DNA of 40,230 nt from a virus. The DNA is taken from positions 1 through 40,230 of the IMG/VR virus record IMGVR_UViG_3300023171_000004; one strand, given 5' to 3'. Within the stretch, counting starts at the first letter, position 1. Each line of letters starts with the position of its first letter. This document shows, piece by piece, positions 7,560-15,423 of this stretch. Under the pieces are notes generated by a model. The model saw only the letters and a program-made list of their open reading frames with translations, had not been told where the DNA came from and searched no databases. Made by a program: the position numbers and the translations under genes.

Positions 7560-7701
7560 AAATCAAAGGTATGTAATAGGTATGAATAAAGCAAATAGAA
7601 AATAAATAATAATTATTTTACTTTTAATTTGGAATTATGTTTTATTGTTCCGATACTTGTGATGTCGAAAGCAATAAAGCTTAGATATAGACTTCGAGGT
7701 C
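7560..7701. promoter_or_regulatory. Divergent early control region
   Basis: AT-rich 142-bp gap between the leftward (7559) and rightward (7702) operons. It contains a - strand box TACCTTTG (7564..7571) and two AGGTATG direct repeats (7567..7573, 7578..7584) spaced 11 bp apart. Confidence 0.5.
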
Positions 7702-7920
7702 ATGAAAACAGTAATTGAACAAAACATGAATACAGGTCACTATTTTTTAATAAGTGGCTCGTTAACTAAAACTGATATTTTAACTTTTTATAATGGTAGA
7801 TATTTCGGATTACATTCAAACAAATGGGTTTTATCTGAACCAAATAAAGAATGTGTTATAAATAACGCAAATCCAAAAGTATTCGTTAACGGTATTAATG
7901 GTCAAGACAAAATAAATTAA
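7702..7920 (+). CDS. Hypothetical 72-aa protein, first rightward early gene
   Basis: ORF directly after the control region. No motif recognised. Confidence 0.55.
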   Translation: MKTVIEQNMNTGHYFLISGSLTKTDILTFYNGRYFGLHSNKWVLSEPNKECVINNANPKVFVNGINGQDKIN

Positions 7921-7923
7921 CTA

Positions 7924-7984
7924 ATTCCCCTTTCCTCGAAGTCGGGGAATCTGCCACCGCAACGCTCACAAGGCTTGCGGTTTT
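7924..7984 (+). terminator. Two tandem hairpins; the second is a rho-independent terminator or attenuator candidate
   Basis: ATTCCCC (7924..7930) pairs with GGGGAAT (7944..7950). CCGCAA (7957..7962) pairs with TTGCGG (7975..7980) and is followed by TTTT. Confidence 0.5.
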
Positions 7985-8007
7985 GGCGGTACAAAACAAC
8001 TAACAAC

Positions 8008-8229
8008 ATGGCAAAGATTAAACCTTTTAGAGCAGCGAAGTACTGCTTAACAAATTACAAGTGCGGAAAATGCAATACTGGAGTAGTTCAGATATTTCAA
8101 GAAGTAAAACGAGGTGGAAATATAATCACTCAAGTATCAGGATGTAAGGATTGCGGCCATGAATATGGGATACTGCAATCTTCTAAACTTGAACTTTGTC
8201 CAGTTGATTACGATATTAGATGGTGTTAA
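8008..8229 (+). CDS. Zinc-ribbon protein
   Basis: The start is trimmed to the ATG at 8008. Two CxxC pairs are present (CGKC and CKDC). Confidence 0.6.
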   Translation: MAKIKPFRAAKYCLTNYKCGKCNTGVVQIFQEVKRGGNIITQVSGCKDCGHEYGILQSSKLELCPVDYDIRWC

Positions 8230-8498
8230 TCATGATAACATACAAACACTCAGAACAGGCCGATAAATCCGAAACGATTACAATTTGGCTAAGTAATGGA
8301 ATCAGCATTGACGTTAAACAAGACGATGTGCTAAACTGGATTGAACGCAGGGGGATGAATATCAGCCTATGCGGCACGGGGCTAGTATCAGACCCGAATG
8401 GCACCGAATACGAATCAGAGGTTAGCGCTGAGTCTGTGCTTGATGATAACTTCGACGGGGTAATGGAAAAGTATTATTTGGATGTTTTAAATAAGTAG
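8220..8498 (+). CDS. Hypothetical protein (alternative start at 8232)
   Basis: 92-codon ORF overlapping the upstream stop. No motif recognised. Confidence 0.5.
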   Translation: MVLIMITYKHSEQADKSETITIWLSNGISIDVKQDDVLNWIERRGMNISLCGTGLVSDPNGTEYESEVSAESVLDDNFDGVMEKYYLDVLNK

Positions 8499-8502
8499 GG
8501 AG

Positions 8503-8787
8503 ATGGGGAAGAACGAGATAATATCAGTACACGATCTCAAACGGCAAATGTGCGGTAAGTTTTACGGCTCAAAATATAAAGTGTTCCGCCAATACCAAGT
8601 TGACGAATTATTAAATACTTGGCAAGCTATACATTATTTATCTGAACTACATACAAGATGCCGAATGGTTTATAATGATGAAAAATTTAGGAAGCAGTGT
8701 ATTAATAGTTATAATTCCACACTAATTAGAGTTAAAAAAAAATATCCTTATATAAAAGAAATTCAACAAAAGAAGCAGATCATATGA
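8503..8787 (+). CDS. Hypothetical basic protein
   Basis: 94-codon ORF containing an A9 run at 8734..8742. Confidence 0.55.
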   Translation: MGKNEIISVHDLKRQMCGKFYGSKYKVFRQYQVDELLNTWQAIHYLSELHTRCRMVYNDEKFRKQCINSYNSTLIRVKKKYPYIKEIQQKKQII

Positions 8788-8990
8788 AAAACCTTAAACA
8801 GCCCATTTACGACAAGGCAAACCTAATCGATTTCTGGCGTAAAAACTTATGGCTAAACTCAGTTAAAGAAAGTAAAACAAGTTACATCCCAGCTGTACAG
8901 ATTACGGTATTGATGATTGCAGTGATGATTATTATAATCGGACTGCATTATATGGTAGTTATTGAAGTGGTAAATAATTTAGATAGATAA
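8784..8990 (+). CDS. Small membrane protein
   Basis: ATGA overlap with the upstream gene. C-terminal TM segment VQITVLMIAVMIIIIGLHYMVVI. Confidence 0.55.
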   Translation: MKNLKQPIYDKANLIDFWRKNLWLNSVKESKTSYIPAVQITVLMIAVMIIIIGLHYMVVIEVVNNLDR

Positions 8991-8994
8991 GAAT

Positions 8995-9675
8995 ATGAAC
9001 ACACTAAAAGAAGCCTTAGATAAATTAGAAGAGGCAAAAGAAATGTTAAGTAAGGCTATACAGAACAGCTTGCAAACAAAATCAATCCTATCAGGCAAAT
9101 GCGCTATACAGGTTAATAACGAACGTGAGTTTAATTTGATGATGCAATATCTGGAATCGCAAAAATGTTACTGGATTAGCGATGATCCCATACTTACATA
9201 TGCGCCAACAGTTAACTTCCCTTACAGGATTATTGTTGACAACAAAGTAATTACGTGGTCTAGCAATTCTGAGGTAGATACATTTAAGTTCGAAGATTTC
9301 GCTAAGGAAGTGGGGATCAAAGTGCCCGTATTCATTATGAAGTCAGTGGATGGAGTAGATTTGTATGAGGGGGATGACTATCACGAAGCCCACATAGATA
9401 GCGGCCCATATTCAACATGGTATTACTTGCACGGTGACCATTTTAGTGTATGCAAAGAAATTAGACCTGTTAGCATTCCTAATAAATCAAAAGCATTCTC
9501 CACCAAAGAAGCCGCCGAAGCATGGATTGAGGAGAAAAATTTAGTCAGAACCGTTGACACTGATAAGTTAGGAGAGATCGAAATTTATAGAAACGGTATA
9601 GGTAAAAACGGTATTATTCAGATAACTGATAGGCAACTCGAACAAATCTGGAACGCCTACCAATCCCTTAAGTAA
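8995..9675 (+). CDS. Hypothetical protein
   Basis: 226-codon ORF. No motif recognised. Confidence 0.6.
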   Translation: MNTLKEALDKLEEAKEMLSKAIQNSLQTKSILSGKCAIQVNNEREFNLMMQYLESQKCYWISDDPILTYAPTVNFPYRIIVDNKVITWSSNSEVDTFKFEDFAKEVGIKVPVFIMKSVDGVDLYEGDDYHEAHIDSGPYSTWYYLHGDHFSVCKEIRPVSIPNKSKAFSTKEAAEAWIEEKNLVRTVDTDKLGEIEIYRNGIGKNGIIQITDRQLEQIWNAYQSLK

Positions 9676-9722
9676 CCACATCGTTACACCTAACTAACAC
9701 CTACACTAACTATCTTTACGCT

Positions 9723-9947
9723 ATGAACCTACAAGAAATAAAAGAACACATACAGCGCCTTAACGACTGCATAACCAGAATTGAAATGGCCCAGTCTCAA
9801 ATAGAGGTAACTAAAACTTCCGAACACTTCTCAATATTCAGCAGCGAACAGGAAAGGCTACAAGAAATCGATACACTTCAAGCAAGACTGGAAAGGTTTG
9901 AGGAAACTTTATGCAGTGAGTTGAGGTTGGGAGCATTGCTACAATGA
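9723..9947 (+). CDS. Hypothetical coiled-coil protein
   Basis: 74-codon ORF whose ATG lies 4 nt after the box TATCTTTA (9711..9718). Confidence 0.55.
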   Translation: MNLQEIKEHIQRLNDCITRIEMAQSQIEVTKTSEHFSIFSSEQERLQEIDTLQARLERFEETLCSELRLGALLQ

Positions 9948-10153
9948 GCCTACAGTCACAATCCGACCTAACCAAACTAGGCAGGATATACCGGATGTTC
10001 GAAGTTATTGAACTAATGGAGTTCAATACCGATGAATGTAAAGATGTTCATGCTAAGTTAGTTCAGTCAATCAGTGAGGTAATTAAGCCCGAATTAGTAA
10101 AAACAGGAAATAAAATTAAGAACAATGGAAAACAACCAGATAACGCTATCTAA
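9944..10153 (+). CDS. Hypothetical protein
   Basis: 69-codon ORF with an ATGA overlap to the upstream gene. Confidence 0.5.
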   Translation: MSLQSQSDLTKLGRIYRMFEVIELMEFNTDECKDVHAKLVQSISEVIKPELVKTGNKIKNNGKQPDNAI

Positions 10154-10793
10154 TATTAAAGCTCCGACAATACAGGAATTGTATTTAGATCCTTGCAAAT
10201 CATTACAGCAGGATCAAATTAACGTATTGCTCAACCAGCCTCCGCCCGCAACATGGCTAAAAAAACATCCTTTCATATCTGGGTACACCTACCTGCCCAT
10301 TGATAAAGTTGAGTTTCTACTAAAGAAGCTATTCAAGAAAACCAGAATTGAAATATTAAGAGAGGGAACCAGTTTCAACGGGGTGTATGTAGTAGTTCGT
10401 GTGTGGTATCAAGATATTCTAACAGGGGATTTAGAGTTTAACGACGGTATTGGGGCCTGTCAATTACAAACCGCTAAAGGCACATCTCCTGCGGATTTGG
10501 TTAACATTAATAACGGAGCCTTATCTATGGCCTTTCCTATTGCTAAGACTATTGCTATTAAGGACGCTTGCGACCATTTGGGGAATATATTTGGGGCCAA
10601 CACGAACAGGAAAGATACATTAGGGTTAAGTGTTGATGATAAACTGATCGCGGTTGTATTGAGTGCCGAAGAAAAAAGGGTTTCTAAACTTATTGAAAAA
10701 GCAAAAGACAGGATAACATTAGAATCCTTGAAAACTCATCTAACAGAACAATTACAGGCTAAATTTGACGAAAAATGGAATCAGCTGAGTTAA
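10125..10793 (+). CDS. Single-strand annealing protein candidate (Rad52 superfamily, Sak/Erf/RecT-like)
   Basis: The pattern YLPIDKVEFLLKKLF...DGIGA...AKTIAIKDACDHLGNIFG resembles the Rad52/Sak core ending A.K.A..dA.K....fG. It sits directly upstream of an exonuclease gene. Confidence 0.5.
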   Translation: MENNQITLSNIKAPTIQELYLDPCKSLQQDQINVLLNQPPPATWLKKHPFISGYTYLPIDKVEFLLKKLFKKTRIEILREGTSFNGVYVVVRVWYQDILTGDLEFNDGIGACQLQTAKGTSPADLVNINNGALSMAFPIAKTIAIKDACDHLGNIFGANTNRKDTLGLSVDDKLIAVVLSAEEKRVSKLIEKAKDRITLESLKTHLTEQLQAKFDEKWNQLS

Positions 10794-11518
10794 TTGCAAG
10801 TAAATTCAAAATACGTGCATCTTCATGCCTTGATATAATGGCAGAAGGCAAAGGCGGTAAAATCTCTGCTGGTGCAATGACCTACTGTAAAAAATGGCTA
10901 AAGGAATACCTTTATAATCGCAGGAAAGACATTAAATCAAAATACATTGATAAGGGCAACAAAACCGAGGAAGATGGATTTACAATTATGGCAACCGAAT
11001 TAATTAAAGAGATGGTGTATAAAAACACTGAGCGTAAATCTAATGAATGGTGCGAGGGTGAATGCGATCTATTCCATAATAAAATAGTTTACGATAACAA
11101 GGCGTCATATGATTTGGATACATTCCCTATGTTTGAAATTGAAAATCCAGAGAAAAAATACTGGCAACAATTACAAGTATATGCCTGGTTATGGAATGCT
11201 GAATCAGCAGTTCTTTGCTATACGCTAAATGACGCTACACCAGATATGATTGAGGCAGCATTGAAATGGGTAGTGAATGAAGATGATGCGTATAAAATAG
11301 TTCAGGGGATGGTGTTTACCCAGGAAAACTTCGATAACTATCAAAGAGAATATTTCCCGCTATCAGAACTTGATACCTTCATTGAAATACCAGACGCTGA
11401 TCGTATTAAAAAATTTGATATTTCAGTTGATCTACATAACAGGGATAAAATCAAGAAGCACGTAGAACTTTGTAGAGAATATATTATTTCACTTATAAAA
11501 CAAAAATCAAATGGGTAA
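10775..11518 (+). CDS. PD-(D/E)XK exonuclease (YqaJ / lambda Exo-like recombination nuclease)
   Basis: GECDLF...IVYDNKAS gives a D..(D/E)xK arrangement, followed by a QLQVYAWLW (QxxxY) motif. It is paired with the annealing-protein candidate. Confidence 0.6.
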   Translation: MESAELIASKFKIRASSCLDIMAEGKGGKISAGAMTYCKKWLKEYLYNRRKDIKSKYIDKGNKTEEDGFTIMATELIKEMVYKNTERKSNEWCEGECDLFHNKIVYDNKASYDLDTFPMFEIENPEKKYWQQLQVYAWLWNAESAVLCYTLNDATPDMIEAALKWVVNEDDAYKIVQGMVFTQENFDNYQREYFPLSELDTFIEIPDADRIKKFDISVDLHNRDKIKKHVELCREYIISLIKQKSNG

Positions 11519-11876
11519 CATTTCAAGCAAGATAAATCTTGCCGCGTTAAAGAACGCTTCTATTTTAAAAATGGGTAAAAACAAAGATGTGGATTGTATA
11601 ATAATTCCTATTGTGCAAAACCATCTATTTAAGTCTGAAAAAGGGGCCGTATATCTTGACTTGCAAGGATTTGAACTAAAAACGAAGCGTGAAAATTCAA
11701 AAGATACTCACATGATAGTTCAGTCTTTGCCAAAAGAGGTAAGAGAAAAACAAACCGAAGAAGAGAAAAAACAAAATCCTATCATCGGTAATCATATTGT
11801 GTGGGATGAAGCAAACAATACTCAAACAGAACAATCTGCTATTACTGCAGCTACGGAGGATGATCTTCCATTCTAA
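11511..11876 (+). CDS. 121-aa protein with an SSB-type acidic C-terminal tip (EDDLPF)
   Basis: The C-terminus ...AATEDDLPF mimics the bacterial SSB tail DDDIPF. It is the third gene of the recombination module. I see no OB-fold motif. Confidence 0.5.
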   Translation: MGNISSKINLAALKNASILKMGKNKDVDCIIIPIVQNHLFKSEKGAVYLDLQGFELKTKRENSKDTHMIVQSLPKEVREKQTEEEKKQNPIIGNHIVWDEANNTQTEQSAITAATEDDLPF

Positions 11877-11911
11877 AACTTTAACGGGGGCGTAACTGCC
11901 CCTTTATTATT

Positions 11912-12388
11912 ATGAGAGTAGGAGATAAAAGATACAGAATTAACGGGTATGAACTGGAGGAACTGGAATATAGAGGGTCAAGGGTGAAGAACTTAATTTT
12001 CCACAACCAGAATAACGCGGAAGTAATATTAAGTAAGCATGTTTCCAACTTATTGAACTCCAGCAAAAGAATGGTAGTTTCAGAATTGGAAGAAAAACTA
12101 AGGATTAGTATAGGTAAAGTACATTCTATCATGCAGGAAATGAATATGAAGTTTGATCCAATAAACAAACCAGCGGTTGTATATGTGCCTTTAACTTACA
12201 AAAATAAATCAGTTCATAAATACGATGAAAAGGGATTTTACATTGAAAGCTACTCCTCTATACAGACAGCAGCAAGAGAAAACGGGGCAACATCCCCTAA
12301 GTCAACAATCATCGGTAGGGCCTGTAAAGACAGGTCAATAAAAGCATATGGCTTTAGATGGAGTTTAATTAAAAAAGATAGGATATGA
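11912..12388 (+). CDS. DNA-binding protein candidate (HTH plus NUMOD/IENR-like C-terminus, no nuclease motif)
   Basis: YDEKGFYIESYSSIQTAARENG...KAYGFRWS resembles the DNA-binding tails of homing endonucleases. The N-terminal half lacks GIY-YIG or HNH motifs. Confidence 0.45.
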   Translation: MRVGDKRYRINGYELEELEYRGSRVKNLIFHNQNNAEVILSKHVSNLLNSSKRMVVSELEEKLRISIGKVHSIMQEMNMKFDPINKPAVVYVPLTYKNKSVHKYDEKGFYIESYSSIQTAARENGATSPKSTIIGRACKDRSIKAYGFRWSLIKKDRI

Positions 12389-12609
12389 CCAGAACCCCCT
12401 ACACCTACCCGCCCTACATCAACATCGGAACGCCCGTAATCCGCAAAACATTACAACGTGGCGATACCTACGAGATAAAGGGATATGACAGCGTTAATAC
12501 TGTTTTGGATATATTAGACGGATATCAAAAGATAAGGCGTCAGGATAGTTGGATTGTACGCTGTTACTTCGATAGCGAGGTTATGGATGAGGTGGTTTAT
12601 AAATTATGA
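12385..12609 (+). CDS. Hypothetical protein
   Basis: 74-codon ORF with an ATGA overlap to the upstream gene. Confidence 0.5.
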   Translation: MTRTPYTYPPYINIGTPVIRKTLQRGDTYEIKGYDSVNTVLDILDGYQKIRRQDSWIVRCYFDSEVMDEVVYKL

Positions 12610-12785
12610 CAGAGCAAACCGCCTTCGACCGCTGGGCATCTGGTTTAGACTGGGGCAAGGAAGAAACGCTTATCGAACAGCGTGATAGGATATTGCGTGA
12701 GGTTCTTCCACATATATGGCAGAAACAACAGGAAAGTAGCAAGGATGTTACAAAAAGTGTCGGACAATTAACGTTATTTTGTTAG
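12606..12785 (+). CDS. 59-aa hypothetical protein
   Basis: Hand translation gives MTEQTAFDRWASGLDWGKEETLIEQRDRILREVLPHIWQKQQESSKDVTKSVGQLTLFC. ATGA overlap with the upstream gene. Confidence 0.4.
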   Translation: MTEQTAFDRWASGLDWGKEETLIEQRDRILREVLPHIWQKQQESSKDVTKSVGQLTLFC

Positions 12786-12805
12786 GAAGTTAAAAAAGAA
12801 GAAAA

Positions 12806-12946
12806 ATGATAGAGCAGCAAATAATAAATAAAGATTCAAGGGCATTAAGTAATGTGCCGACTATTGAGTATTATTTAGAAATAGGATGGCTAATTAAACA
12901 TATTGTCTATATTCAAGATCAACATATTGTTCAATACATAATTTAG
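12806..12946 (+). CDS. 46-aa micro-ORF in an AT-rich island
   Basis: Hand translation gives MIEQQIINKDSRALSNVPTIEYYLEIGWLIKHIVYIQDQHIVQYII. Confidence 0.3.
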   Translation: MIEQQIINKDSRALSNVPTIEYYLEIGWLIKHIVYIQDQHIVQYII

Positions 12947-12962
12947 AAAAAATATAAATAAT

Positions 12963-13094
12963 ATGATAAGATATCGAATAACATTTATACACGGAACATT
13001 TACTGAAATGATTGGATTTGATTTATTGTCAATAATTTCTGGCATGAGCGAATACAGGAGGAACCAAATTAAAACAATAGAAAAATTAAATTAA
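12963..13094 (+). CDS. 43-aa micro-ORF in an AT-rich island
   Basis: Hand translation gives MIRYRITFIHGTFTEMIGFDLLSIISGMSEYRRNQIKTIEKLN. Confidence 0.3.
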   Translation: MIRYRITFIHGTFTEMIGFDLLSIISGMSEYRRNQIKTIEKLN

Positions 13095-13095
13095 A

Positions 13096-13242
13096 ATGGA
13101 TAAGAAAGCTATGAATTTTTTGACGTATATAATAATTGGTACGTCTTTGTATTTTTGGAATACAAATTCCATTAGTACAGCAGAATTATTAATAATTCAA
13201 TCAATTAACCTACTAACTATAGCGTTTATAAATAAAAAATAA
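13096..13242 (+). CDS. 48-aa membrane micro-ORF in an AT-rich island
   Basis: Hand translation gives MDKKAMNFLTYIIIGTSLYFWNTNSISTAELLIIQSINLLTIAFINKK, with two hydrophobic stretches. Confidence 0.35.
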   Translation: MDKKAMNFLTYIIIGTSLYFWNTNSISTAELLIIQSINLLTIAFINKK

Positions 13243-13266
13243 CATGTAAATAAAAATATAATAAAT

Positions 13267-13461
13267 ATGGATTTAAAAAAAGAATGCTATTATCAAGAGC
13301 AAATTAATGATTCCTATCATTACGGACATTGTATTGACATTGATCATGCCATAATATTAGCAAAAGAATACGCAAACTATAAATTAGATTTAGTAGCAGA
13401 AGAAGCAGATTCTTATTATTTAGATAAAGATGCAGTCTTGAATTTTAAAGATGTTATTTAA
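13267..13461 (+). CDS. 64-aa hypothetical protein in an AT-rich island
   Basis: Track ORF. The motif KEYANYKLDLVAEEAD is shared with 4932..5141. Confidence 0.5.
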   Translation: MDLKKECYYQEQINDSYHYGHCIDIDHAIILAKEYANYKLDLVAEEADSYYLDKDAVLNFKDVI

Positions 13462-13654
13462 ATAACTTAAAATATAAGCACTAACTATTACATCAATATA
13501 ATATCCAAACTATTTTAGTATATTGCATCATCATTTAAACAGTTAAAGTAGTAGAGACCTTTAATTGTTGGGTTCACACCTTATCCAGCCTGATCGATCA
13601 CTACTCGACGGGCTTTTATTTTGAATTGTCAATTACAATATGTAAATTAGCATT

Positions 13655-13813
13655 ATGAAAAAAGAAATACTCATAGATCCTCAAAAGACATTTACTAAGT
13701 CTGAGTATCATAAAAAGTTTGGTGTTAATCGAGTCAAGATTGACCAAATGATAAAAGATAAAGACCTCGCAACTATACAAGTAAAAGGCACTACTTTAAT
13801 CATAATTAAATAA
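13655..13813 (+). CDS. 52-aa helix-turn-helix protein (excisionase/AlpA-like HTH_17 pattern)
   Basis: Hand translation gives MKKEILIDPQKTFTKSEYHKKFGVNRVKIDQMIKDKDLATIQVKGTTLIIIK. The ATG lies 4 nt after the box TAAATTAG (13643..13650), with TTG 19 nt upstream of the box. Confidence 0.55.
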   Translation: MKKEILIDPQKTFTKSEYHKKFGVNRVKIDQMIKDKDLATIQVKGTTLIIIK

Positions 13814-13843
13814 TTTTTAGGCACCAAAATTTTACAATTAGTA

Positions 13844-14164
13844 ATGGATATAAGAAAAAAAGGGGATCATAGGCGATATAAAGTATATGTACTTTACTAT
13901 GATGGCGCTCCTGTTTATGTTGGTCGAACATTAAATTTAGATGAAAGATTATATCAGCATAAATTTAGAGGGAAATTGTTTGATAGCTATAGTATAGCAT
14001 TTGATTTCTACTCATTTGATAAAGCAGAAACTGCGGAATATGTACTGTTATCATATTTTAAATCTATTTATCCAAATTTCACAAATAAAAATAGTGTTAT
14101 TAGTTGTGGTGAAATAATTAAAATTGGAAAGGAGGATAAATGCAAGAACAATCATTCCCACTAA
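13844..14164 (+). CDS. Stand-alone GIY-YIG nuclease-domain protein
   Basis: YKVYVLYYDGAPVYVGRTLNLDERLYQHK fits the GIY..YIG..R..H pattern. At 106 aa it has no appended DNA-binding domain. Confidence 0.65.
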   Translation: MDIRKKGDHRRYKVYVLYYDGAPVYVGRTLNLDERLYQHKFRGKLFDSYSIAFDFYSFDKAETAEYVLLSYFKSIYPNFTNKNSVISCGEIIKIGKEDKCKNNHSH

Positions 14165-15423
14165 AGTTTTTTCCTAAACAGCTAAGACAAATTATACTTG
14201 AAGTATGTGAGGTATTTCAATTCAATCCCGACTTTTTAGCCGCTTCCATACTTTTAACATCATCGAGTGCAATAGGGAACACTTTTCATATAACTGTTAA
14301 AGATGGATGGATTGAACGAAACTCTTTATTTCTTGCTATTGTAGCTTCCCCAGGTATAAATAAATCAGCTCCTTTATCATGGGCTTTAAAGCCATTGGAA
14401 AATAAAGAAAAAGAGCTTTATAAAAAGTATAAAGAATACTTAAAGGAATTTGAAGCGGATCCAGAAAATAAAGACAAACCAGCGCCGACCTTAATCAAAA
14501 CAATAGTATCTGATGCGACTCCAGAAGCAGTGGTACAACAGCTAGATAAAAACGAACGAGGTATACTTATTTACAACGATGAGTTATCTGGATTTTTAAA
14601 CACATTCCAAAGGTATAGCAAGGGTAATGATGAGCAATTCTACTTGTCTGTGTGGTCAGGTAAACCCGTAGTTGTTGACCGTAAAACATCAGTTTCAATT
14701 AGAATAAATGAGCCGGTACTAAATATTGTTGGTACTATTCAGCCTTCTGTTTTTGATAAGTCTTTTAATACTAAGGAAGATAGCGGATTCTTTGATAGAT
14801 GGCTGATTGTTAATCCTAAGAACGCTAAGAAAATGGCATGGACCGATGAGCAAATCAACCCATTTACCTATGACCTGTACCATAGCATTATCAATAAACT
14901 ATCTGATCTCTCATTCCATGAAAACCAATGGGGAGAACTGGAAAGCCAAAACTTAACCTACTCTTCCGAAGCATGGAGCCTTATTAAGCAATGGCAGTAT
15001 AAAAATACATCGTCAATCAACCAGACTGATATGGATCATGTTAGGGCCATTCGGGCAAAGATGGAAATATACGTTCATAGGTTCTGCACTATTGCTCACT
15101 TGATTCAGTTTTCAGTTGATGATAAGGCGTTTGTTGAGTCTCACATCTCAGAAGAATCAGCTGGCAAAGGAATATTATTGTGTGACTACTTTATATCCAA
15201 TGCCATCACCGCCCGTTCTCTTGATGACAGCAATAACTTGACAGACAATTGGAAGGCGCTTTATGATAGCTTGCCTAACAACGAACAACAGTTTACCTAT
15301 GCGGATTTTGCTAAATATGCTGATTTCTTGGATATACCGGAAACATCAGCAAAAAGGTGGCTGAAATCTCAAATAGGAAAAGTAATAATCAAAATCAAAC
15401 ATGGCACGTACTCTAAGAAATAA
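14140..15423 (+). CDS. DUF3987-type replication protein (helicase/primase-associated, YfjI-like)
   Basis: SPGINKS (P-loop-like), YNDELSGFLNTFQRY..., SVWSGKPVVVDRKT and LNIVGTIQPSVF match the DUF3987 pattern common in Bacteroidota mobile elements and phages. Confidence 0.7.
   Translation: MQEQSFPLKFFPKQLRQIILEVCEVFQFNPDFLAASILLTSSSAIGNTFHITVKDGWIERNSLFLAIVASPGINKSAPLSWALKPLENKEKELYKKYKEYLKEFEADPENKDKPAPTLIKTIVSDATPEAVVQQLDKNERGILIYNDELSGFLNTFQRYSKGNDEQFYLSVWSGKPVVVDRKTSVSIRINEPVLNIVGTIQPSVFDKSFNTKEDSGFFDRWLIVNPKNAKKMAWTDEQINPFTYDLYHSIINKLSDLSFHENQWGELESQNLTYSSEAWSLIKQWQYKNTSSINQTDMDHVRAIRAKMEIYVHRFCTIAHLIQFSVDDKAFVESHISEESAGKGILLCDYFISNAITARSLDDSNNLTDNWKALYDSLPNNEQQFTYADFAKYADFLDIPETSAKRWLKSQIGKVIIKIKHGTYSKK

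Noticed and set aside
7690-7943. 10-bp inverted repeat GACTTCGAGG (7690..7699) / CCTCGAAGTC (7934..7943) bracketing gene 7702..7920, as a possible long-range RNA pairing or mini-element.
   Set aside because: A single 10-mer match within a 250-bp span is expected a few times by chance in 40 kb. There are no target-site duplications and no additional flanking similarity.
13546-13612. tRNA or attP-like element (GGTTCACACC resembles a T-loop; AGTAGT/ACTACT could pair).
   Set aside because: The candidate acceptor pairing encloses only about 60 nt. No D-arm, anticodon arm or proper 5-bp T-stem can be drawn. No integrase is present that would use an attP site.
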